A DNA stretch of 64,000 nt, from positions 18 to 64,017 of the forward strand of contig JAAELY010000311.1 in the NCBI GenBank assembly GCA_024226335.1, in the 5' to 3' direction. Of this stretch, positions 56,118 through 64,000 are shown in pieces (within the stretch, counting starts at the first letter, position 1; every line of letters starts with the position of its first letter). The notes beneath the pieces are model-generated. The model worked only from the letters and a program-made list of their open reading frames with translations. It made no database searches and was not told where the DNA came from. The stretch comes from a bacterium. GTDB lineage: Bacteria > Myxococcota_A > UBA9160 > SZUA-336. The translations under genes were made by a program, and so were the position numbers.

Positions 56118-56167
56118 CCAGGTTCGAGTCCATGCCAGGTTCGAGTCCATGCGGGTTCGGACCCATG
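56118..56167. repeat. Tandem direct repeat: 2 exact 17-mers + 1 degenerate copy
   Basis: CCAGGTTCGAGTCCATG (56118-56134) and CCAGGTTCGAGTCCATG (56135-56151), then CGGGTTCGGACCCATG (56152-56167). It starts 15 nt upstream of the CitE-like start, in the divergent spacer to mcl. Confidence 0.85.
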
Positions 56168-56360
56168 CTCTTCTTCTTTTCCGGATCATACGTCAGGCAG
56201 AAAAGCGTTGCCGGGCGGATGGCGGGTCGGGACCGGCGGATTAGAAGCGTTCGCGGGACAGTGTTATGGTGCCGCCCGAGTCCTCCGGAAGAGCCTCGCG
56301 GCGATCCCGGCGGTCCACCCGGTCAGGCCCCTCACGTGGCCGTTCCCAAAGGAGGCTCCT

Positions 56361-57410
56361 ATGAAAAGCCCGCGAGATTTCTTCAAGCCCAAGGCAATCG
56401 GCGCCCCTCAGCCGCTGCACGAGGTTCCTCTGCGCCCCTCGCGCATGATCCACTTCTTCGATCCCAGCAACCCGCGGATGGCCGCCAAGGTGCCGGATAT
56501 CGCCAAGAAGGTGGATATCCTCCTGGGCAACCTCGAGGACGCGATTCCGACCGAACGCAAGGTCGATGCGCGCGAAGGCCTGATCAAGATCGCCAAGGAC
56601 ACGGACTTCGGATCGACCCAGCTCTGGACGCGCGTCAACAGCCTGGACAGCCCCTGGTTCTTCGACGATCTCACGCGTCTGGTCAGCGAGATCGGCGATC
56701 GTCTCGACGTGATCATGGTTCCCAAGGTCGAAGGCGCCTGGGACATACATTTCGTCGACCAGTTCCTGGCACAACTCGAAGCGAAGGCCGGCCTGCAGAA
56801 ACCACTCCTGGTCCACGCGATCCTGGAAACCGCTCTGGGCGTGGCGAATGTCGAAGAGATCCTGGCCGCCAGCCCGCGCATGCAGGGCCTGAGCCTGGGG
56901 CCGGCCGACCTGGCCGCATCGCGTCGCATGAAGACGACACGAGTTGGCGGCGGTCACCCAGGCTACCTGGTGCGAGTGGACCCGGACGAAAAAAACCCGG
57001 ACGCACCGCGAACGACTGCGCAACAGGACCTCTGGCACTACACGATGGGGCGCATGGTCGACGCGTGCGCCGCGACCGGCGCCCTGCCTTTCTACGGACC
57101 CTTTGGGGCGATCGACGATCCGCTGGCCTGCGAAGACCAGTTCCGCAACGCGTTCCTGATGGGCTGCGTGGGAACCTGGTCGCTCCACCCGAGCCAGATC
57201 GAGATCGCCAAGCGCGTGTTCAGCCCACCCGCCGACGAAGTCGATTGGGCCAAGAGGGTGATCGAAGCCATGCCCGACGGCAGCGGCACCGTCATGCTCG
57301 AAGGCAAGATGCAGGACGACGCGACGTTCAAGCAGTGCCAGGTCATGGTGAATCTGGCGAAGCTGATCTCTGAGCGCGACGAGGAATACCGCAAGCAGTA
57401 CGGGTTCTAG
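56361..57410 (+). CDS. mcl: L-malyl-CoA/beta-methylmalyl-CoA lyase (Mcl type)
   Basis: Track ORF is 56061..57410. The ATG at 56361 follows [40 protein letters not shown]...[10 protein letters not shown]...[16 protein letters not shown]...[23 protein letters not shown]...DLWHYT...FYGPFG...[19 protein letters not shown]...[22 protein letters not shown] aligns end-to-end, from memory, with characterised Mcl enzymes. ORF 56042..57373 is an off-frame shadow. Confidence 0.85.
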   Translation: MKSPRDFFKPKAIGAPQPLHEVPLRPSRMIHFFDPSNPRMAAKVPDIAKKVDILLGNLEDAIPTERKVDAREGLIKIAKDTDFGSTQLWTRVNSLDSPWFFDDLTRLVSEIGDRLDVIMVPKVEGAWDIHFVDQFLAQLEAKAGLQKPLLVHAILETALGVANVEEILAASPRMQGLSLGPADLAASRRMKTTRVGGGHPGYLVRVDPDEKNPDAPRTTAQQDLWHYTMGRMVDACAATGALPFYGPFGAIDDPLACEDQFRNAFLMGCVGTWSLHPSQIEIAKRVFSPPADEVDWAKRVIEAMPDGSGTVMLEGKMQDDATFKQCQVMVNLAKLISERDEEYRKQYGF

Positions 57411-57450
57411 AAAGAGCTCTCACCCGGCAGAGAATTCGCTGGTTCAATTC

Positions 57451-57469
57451 GGTGTGCCGCGCGCACACC
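57451..57469 (+). other. Intercistronic hairpin between mcl and SDR gene
   Basis: GGTGTGC-cgcgc-GCACACC, 41 nt after the mcl stop and 18 nt before the SDR ATG, directly abutting its AAGGAGG. Confidence 0.4.
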
Positions 57470-57486
57470 CTCAAGGAGGTAGATGG

Positions 57487-58248
57487 ATGTCGCTCGCAGG
57501 ACGTGTTGCACTCGTAACCGGCGGCAGTCGTGGAATCGGCCGCGCGATCTCGTTGGGATTGGCAGAAGACGGAGCCGATGTGGCGATCAACTTCCGTCGC
57601 GATGAAGCTGCGGCCAAGGAAGTCGTCGCAGAAGCCGAAGCCATGGGACGACGAGCAATAGCCTATGCCGCTTCGGTCGACTCGTACGAAGAAGACGAGC
57701 GCATGGTCGAACAAATCCTCGCGGACTTCGGCCACATCGACATCCTGGTCAACAACGCGGGCATCGCCAGTCGCGGTCAGACGGTCAAGAACACCGATCC
57801 CCTGGAACTCGAACGGGTGATGCGGGTTCACTCGTTCGCGCCACATCATCTTTCGAGCCTGGTCATCCCGAGCATGCGCACGCAGTCGCGCGGGGACATC
57901 ATCATGATATCGAGCGCGGCAACACTGGGCCATGCAGGCGGCGGGGCCCCCTATAACATGGGCAAGTCCGCCATGGAATCGCTGGCCTGGTCGCTTTCGA
58001 AGGAAGAGAAGAAACACGGCATCCATGTGAACATCGTCGCTCCGGGGCTGGTGGAAACCGAGATGGGCCGCCGACTCATGAAGGCGACCGCGGGCGTCGA
58101 CGACCTGCGCAAGCTGGACTCGAGCATGCCGTTTGGACGGGTTTGCCAGCCGGAAGACGTCGCAAACGTGGTTCGCTTCTTCGTATCGGAGAAGGCCGGT
58201 TATGTGACCGGCGAGCGAATCTACGTACACGGCGGAGGGCAGAGCTGA
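57487..58248 (+). CDS. Short-chain dehydrogenase/reductase (FabG-like)
   Basis: Track ORF is 57454..58248. The ATG at 57487 follows AGGAGG. Motifs: VALVTGGSRGIGRAI, NNAG, YNMGK (YxxxK). Confidence 0.88.
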   Translation: MSLAGRVALVTGGSRGIGRAISLGLAEDGADVAINFRRDEAAAKEVVAEAEAMGRRAIAYAASVDSYEEDERMVEQILADFGHIDILVNNAGIASRGQTVKNTDPLELERVMRVHSFAPHHLSSLVIPSMRTQSRGDIIMISSAATLGHAGGGAPYNMGKSAMESLAWSLSKEEKKHGIHVNIVAPGLVETEMGRRLMKATAGVDDLRKLDSSMPFGRVCQPEDVANVVRFFVSEKAGYVTGERIYVHGGGQS

Positions 58249-58265
58249 AGCGCAGATGCAAGAGG

Positions 58266-59108
58266 ATGCTGGCGAGCTTGCTGCTGATCGCGGTGTCGCT
58301 GGCCTTTTCCCATCCGACACCTCCGCGAAATCCCTGCGCCAATCGTCTGCATCTGAACGAGATACGGGAAGCGGAGTTCATCGAACTCGTTGCCGACAAC
58401 CAGTGCCACGTGCCGGTGTACTTCCGCGTTTCCTGGAGCGAACTCGTCGGCTTGCGACCTGAACACCCGGGCCCCTATGAGGCGATCGTTCAGGCGAACT
58501 CGGTTCAGCCCATCGCGCGCTTGAGCGTCCTCGACAAACTCGAGGCCAGCAAGTTCCATCCGAAGGCCGAGTTCAGGATCGGGACGAAGCGTGCGATTCA
58601 CGATGACTCGTTTCGCTACGCGTTTCCCTTTGGCGGTGCGGAGCCCAGGCGATTGCTCCAGGGCACTTCGGACGGACCGAGCCACACGGACAAGAGCCGC
58701 TTCGCCTTCGACTTCGAAATGCCCATCGGCACAGCGGTGCTCGCTGCGCGCTCGGGCATCGTGCTGATGGTGGCCGACGGCTTCGGTCCCGGCGGGGACG
58801 ATCGCAGGCGCTTCCAACAACGCGTGAATCAGGTGGTCGTATTGCACGAAGACGGCACCGCGGGCGAGTACGCCCATCTGCGCAAGGGAGTCGCGGTCGA
58901 AGAAGGGCAACAAATCGAGGCAGGCACGCTTCTGGGGTACAGCGGTGTTTCGGGCTATAGCTCGGGACCGCACCTGCACTTCGACGTTGGCCGACTCGAA
59001 GCAGCCGGAGCGATCACCACCTTGCCCATCCAGTTCGTTGGAGAACAGGACCTGGTAAAGGGAAGAGAGTACGGGCCCGGGACACCGGCACCGGAAGGCA
59101 AGCGCTGA
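58266..59108 (+). CDS. M23-family metallopeptidase
   Basis: Track ORF is 58143..59108. ATG 58266 gives signal-like MLASLLLIAVSLAFS. Motifs: HTDKSRFAFDFEMP, HEDGTAGEYAHL, GVSGYSSGPHLHFDV. Confidence 0.82.
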   Translation: MLASLLLIAVSLAFSHPTPPRNPCANRLHLNEIREAEFIELVADNQCHVPVYFRVSWSELVGLRPEHPGPYEAIVQANSVQPIARLSVLDKLEASKFHPKAEFRIGTKRAIHDDSFRYAFPFGGAEPRRLLQGTSDGPSHTDKSRFAFDFEMPIGTAVLAARSGIVLMVADGFGPGGDDRRRFQQRVNQVVVLHEDGTAGEYAHLRKGVAVEEGQQIEAGTLLGYSGVSGYSSGPHLHFDVGRLEAAGAITTLPIQFVGEQDLVKGREYGPGTPAPEGKR

Positions 59109-59145
59109 TCTTGAAGACACGACCGGAGGTCTCCATCCTCTCGGC

Positions 59146-59628
59146 ATGAAACTCGAAATCGCGTCTCGGTTCGCATCCCTGTTTATCGCACTCGGCATCT
59201 GCTGCGCGCCCGCCCTCCAGGCGGGAGCAGACAGCGACGACGCTGCACCAGCCACCCGGAGGGGCCGGACCGTGCTCCTACTGAACGCGATGGGTGTGCG
59301 CGATCAGACCGGACCCGCGCTCAATCGGCAGCTCGAGAAATTCCAGCAACTCCATCCGGATGTTCCCCACGATTTCTGGCGCGAGCAGTACAAGCGCCAC
59401 GTGGAGGCGAAGCTGATGATCAACGGGATGGCCGAAGTGATCGAAGAAGACTTCGCCGAGGCGGAGGTCGAGGCCCTGCTCGACTTCTACCAGAGCCCGG
59501 TGGGAATGCGCATGGTGGAACTGCGCGTACGCCTCGGGAAGATCGCGGGTCCGCTGGGCAAACGCCTCGGGAGGCTGTTTTCGAGCGAAATCCGCGTCGA
59601 ATTGGAAAAGCGCGGCTATCTCAAGTGA
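59146..59628 (+). CDS. Secreted DUF2059-like protein
   Basis: 160 aa with a signal peptide (...LFIALGICCAPALQAGA), helical, and the LLDFYQSPVGMRM motif typical of DUF2059. Its 3' end overlaps convergent ilvN by 8 nt. Confidence 0.6.
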   Translation: MKLEIASRFASLFIALGICCAPALQAGADSDDAAPATRRGRTVLLLNAMGVRDQTGPALNRQLEKFQQLHPDVPHDFWREQYKRHVEAKLMINGMAEVIEEDFAEAEVEALLDFYQSPVGMRMVELRVRLGKIAGPLGKRLGRLFSSEIRVELEKRGYLK

Positions 59629-60145
59629 GTTGCCGCCCCCGGGCCATGAGCAGCTTTCCCGATCGCACCAGTTCGACCAGCTGGAACGGTCGCAGAAGAT
59701 CGATGAAAGCGTCGAGCTTCTCGCTGGAGCCGTACACCTGCAGAATCAGGGAGTCGGTTCCGTAGTCGACGACCTTCGCCTTGTAGTGCTCTGAGATCTG
59801 CAGGATGTGTGTGCGTTCGTCGATCGCGCAGTCGAGTTTCAGAAGTGCGATCTCCGTCTCGTAGGCGTCATCGCGGGTATGGTCGACCGCATGCACCACG
59901 TCGACCAGCTTGGCCAGTTGCTTGATCATCTGCTCCAGCGCTCCACTATTGCCCGAGCAGGTGATCGTCATGCGGGCGAAACGGCCTTCTGCCGCAGGAC
60001 TGACGACCAGACTCTCGATATTGAACGCGCGCCGCGAGAACACGAGCGACACGCGAACCAGAACCCCGGGCTTGTTGTTCACGAAGAGCGAGATGGTGTG
60101 AATCGGATTGGATTCCGAAGTCGGGATGGTCTGGGCTGCACTCAT
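59621..60145 (-). CDS. ilvN: Acetolactate synthase small (regulatory) subunit
   Basis: Track ORF is 59621..60196. ATG 60145 gives MSAAQTIPTSESNPIHTISLFVNNKPGVLVRVSLVFSRRAFNIESLVV (ACT domain) plus the C-terminal ALS_ss_C part. Confidence 0.92.
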   Translation of the reverse strand: MSAAQTIPTSESNPIHTISLFVNNKPGVLVRVSLVFSRRAFNIESLVVSPAAEGRFARMTITCSGNSGALEQMIKQLAKLVDVVHAVDHTRDDAYETEIALLKLDCAIDERTHILQISEHYKAKVVDYGTDSLILQVYGSSEKLDAFIDLLRPFQLVELVRSGKLLMARGRQLT

Positions 60146-60149
60146 GGGA

Positions 60150-61865
60150 TCACGTGCTTCCTGTGGGTTTCTGGAGCTTGTGTTTCGGTGCTTCAATCAG
60201 CATTTCGCCGACCGAGCCACCGGCCGGGATCATGGGAAAGACATTGTCTTCCTTGACGACTTCGGCCACGACGACACACGGGCCTTCATCGTAGGCGTGC
60301 GCCTCTTCGAGAATGCGATCCGTGTCGGCTGAACGCTTGATGCGGAAGGCCTTGACTCCATACGCCTGGGCGAGCTTCACGAAGTCGGGATTGCCTTCCA
60401 GATCGGCTCCGGACAGTCGGTTCTCGTAGAACATCTCCTGCCACTGCCGGATCATACCCAGGAAGTTGTTGTTGATGATCAGACACTTCGCCTTCAGCTT
60501 GTGGATCTGCGCAGTCGCGAGTTCCATGCTGGTCATCTGGAAACCACCGTCCCCGACCACGGCCCAGACCTTCTTGTCCGGATTCGCAAACGCGGCCCCA
60601 ATCGCGGCGGGCCAGCCGAAACCCATGGTTCCCGCACCGCCACTCGAGATCCAATGGCGATTCGAGCGCGCCTTGCAGAACTGCGCCGCCCACATCTGAT
60701 GCTGGCCGACGTCCGTCGTAAAAATGGCTTCCCCTGCGGTGATCGCGTTGAGACGGTCCAGCACGTACTGCGCGCGCAGCCCCCCCTGCTTTGAGTACTT
60801 GAGGGGAAACTGTTTGCGCCAGCGCTCGCACTGGTCGAGCCATTCGGCGGTGTCGGCCATCTCGACCTGGGGAATCAGGTCTTCGATCACGAGTCGCGCG
60901 TCGCCCAGGATCGAAATATCCGGAACCACGATCTTGCTGAACTCCGCCGGATCGATATCGATGTGGATCTTGATGGCGTCGGTGCAGAACTCGTCGAGCT
61001 TGCCCGTGATGCGATCGTCCCAACGACCGCCGATCGACATGATCAGATCGCAGTCGGCCACCGCCTTGTTTGCGTACGCGGTCCCGTGCATTCCCATCAT
61101 GCCCAGGTGTAGCGGGTGCATTTCGTCGACCGCGCCCTTGCCCAGAAGCGTCGTGACGACCGGCGCGCGTAACTTCTCGGCGAGCGTCGTGACCGCCTTT
61201 CCCGCATCTGCAATCACGGCACCATGGCCCACGTACAGAAGCGGCCGCTTCGCGCGGCTCAGATGTCGCGCGGCCTCGACGATCTTGTCGGGTTCGGCGC
61301 GTGAGGGCACTTCGTAACCGGGCAGATCCAGTTCATCGGAAAAAGGCGCGGCGCAGGGACCCTGGCCAATGTCCTTGGGCAGGTCGATCAGCACGGGGCC
61401 AGGCCGCCCGGTCGTCGCCAGGTGAAACGCCTCGCGCAAGATGCGCGGGACATCCTCGGCCTCCTTGATGAGATAGGAGTGCTTGACCACCGGATAGGTA
61501 ATACCCGTGACGTCGGCTTCCTGGAATGCGTCCTTACCGAGCATGGGCAGGATCTGCTGACCGCAAATCACGATGATCGGAGCCGAATCCATCAGCGCAG
61601 TCAGCAATCCGGTCACGGTATTGGTGGCCCCCGGGCCCGAAGTCACCAGGACCACACCGGGCTTGCCCGTCGAACGAGCGTAGCCATCGGCCATGTGCGT
61701 TGCACCCTGCTCGTGGCGCGTCAGGATCAACTTGATCTTCGAATCGACAAGCGCGTCAAAGATCGGCATGACCGCACCGCCAGATAGGCCAAAAATGTAC
61801 TCAACGCCTTCTCGCTCAAGACATTGAACGAGCTTTTCACCACCTGTGGGGAGATTTTGATCCAT
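60150..61865 (-). CDS. ilvB: Acetolactate synthase large (catalytic) subunit
   Basis: 571 aa: EGVEYIFGLSGGAVMPIFDAL, HEQGATHMADGYAR, GPGATN, GDGGFQM ThDP motif. GGAG lies 7 nt upstream of the ATG. Confidence 0.96.
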   Translation of the reverse strand: MDQNLPTGGEKLVQCLEREGVEYIFGLSGGAVMPIFDALVDSKIKLILTRHEQGATHMADGYARSTGKPGVVLVTSGPGATNTVTGLLTALMDSAPIIVICGQQILPMLGKDAFQEADVTGITYPVVKHSYLIKEAEDVPRILREAFHLATTGRPGPVLIDLPKDIGQGPCAAPFSDELDLPGYEVPSRAEPDKIVEAARHLSRAKRPLLYVGHGAVIADAGKAVTTLAEKLRAPVVTTLLGKGAVDEMHPLHLGMMGMHGTAYANKAVADCDLIMSIGGRWDDRITGKLDEFCTDAIKIHIDIDPAEFSKIVVPDISILGDARLVIEDLIPQVEMADTAEWLDQCERWRKQFPLKYSKQGGLRAQYVLDRLNAITAGEAIFTTDVGQHQMWAAQFCKARSNRHWISSGGAGTMGFGWPAAIGAAFANPDKKVWAVVGDGGFQMTSMELATAQIHKLKAKCLIINNNFLGMIRQWQEMFYENRLSGADLEGNPDFVKLAQAYGVKAFRIKRSADTDRILEEAHAYDEGPCVVVAEVVKEDNVFPMIPAGGSVGEMLIEAPKHKLQKPTGST

Positions 61866-61884
61866 TTCCAGACTCCGGCAAATA

Positions 61885-61912
61885 GGATTCGAGCTTTGAA
61901 CAGCCCGAATCC
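61885..61912 (-). other. Hairpin just upstream of the ilvB RBS
   Basis: GGATTCG-N14-CGAATCC. On the coding (minus) strand it is followed by TATTTGCC and lies 20-47 nt upstream of the ilvB ATG. Confidence 0.3.
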
Positions 61913-62230
61913 GAGGATCTTACATGAAAGGACCTGCCCGTCCAGAAAAAATGACCCGGGTTTCTCCGAATATGAGGGAAAAGACATTTGATAATCCAAT
62001 AAATCGATAGATTTAGAGCGAAACCGTCCCGCCAATCCCTCCTGAGCCTCGAAACTGAGCCGAAAACATCCAAAATCAACGATGTCCGGACCGGCGGGCC
62101 TGTGCAAATCGCCCGAAGAGACCCAAACAGCAATTCCAGGAGAGGATTTCGGCGTAAACCGGGCACTCGCAGGCGATTCTCGCGCCGCCCGTAGGCCGGC
62201 TCTATACTCCGCCGCTCGGAGGAGGAGCGC

Positions 62231-63874
<1,644 letters not shown>

Positions 63875-63945
63875 GGAATCTCTGCACAGGGAGGAATCGA
63901 GCGAGAAGCGGGAGTCGCCGCCTGAGCAAGAAGCGTGATCCGATC

Positions 63946-63963
63946 GCAGATCCGTAGATCTGC
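63946..63963 (+). terminator. Short hairpin downstream of fumA
   Basis: GCAGATC-cgta-GATCTGC, about 70 nt after the stop. There is no T tract. Confidence 0.3.
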
Positions 63964-64000
63964 AGAGGGTCGCGCGACGCAGCGCAGGCGGATGCATCGC

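Noticed and set aside
56118-56167. GGTTCGAGTCC cores looked like tRNA T-arms, i.e. a possible tRNA fragment or integration scar
   Set aside because: The flanks cannot pair as a T-stem (CCAGG versus CCATG). There is no acceptor or anticodon arm and no integrase nearby. It is kept only as a tandem repeat.
56190-56215. GGCAG-N7-TTGC upstream of mcl as a sigma-54 promoter
   Set aside because: The spacing between the GG and GC elements is 2 nt too long, and the -24 element is imperfect.
56042-57373. 443-aa + strand ORF overlapping mcl
   Set aside because: It is +1-frame relative to the Mcl reading frame, Arg/Pro/Gly-rich and without motifs. The Mcl frame aligns end-to-end with a known enzyme family.

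Overview
GC-rich bacterial chromosomal segment, roughly low-to-mid 60s % GC by eye (not computed). It is densely coding on both strands and looks diderm: a beta-barrel protein ending in Phe, Lol-like components and lipobox-like signal peptides. I can support about 58 protein genes and one tRNA-Pro(UGG). I saw no rRNA, CRISPR array, transposase, integrase or phage genes.

The backbone is housekeeping: nadE, ileS, leuS, gatB, rph-rdgB, rimO, ilvBN, fumA, malic enzyme and amt-glnK. Envelope and accessory blocks are interleaved with it.

The ORF track translates GTG and TTG starts as M. It omits ORFs that run off the window, including nadE at the left edge. It also contains many long antisense or off-frame shadow ORFs typical of high-GC DNA. 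Several real genes start at internal codons, and I re-set those starts using signal peptides, RBSs and stop/start overlaps.

Most interesting observations:
1. A co-directional nine-gene minus-strand block (22124-30436): TetR, LolA-like, two FtsX permeases, ABC ATPase, beta-barrel, LapG/BTLCP-like cysteine peptidase, an unknown protein and a YkgJ Cys-cluster protein. This is my best candidate for an uncharacterised envelope system.
2. A second BTLCP paralogue is translationally coupled to a secreted PheC-like dehydratase::AroQ chorismate mutase fusion.
3. A 1083-aa signal-peptide protein carries about 28 ankyrin repeats.
4. A consensus sigma-54 promoter lies on the annotated ATG of the ammonium transporter, with a perfect 13-bp dyad upstream.
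5. An orphan sigma-54 activator has all three key receiver residues substituted and a GAFTHA loop.
6. An Mcl-type malyl-CoA lyase is divergent from a CitE-like gene, with a tandem 17-bp repeat between them.
7. Two genes look decayed: a 5'-truncated alpha/beta hydrolase and an internally deleted aldo/keto reductase next to the tRNA.

All family assignments come from reading motifs by eye. No database search was run.
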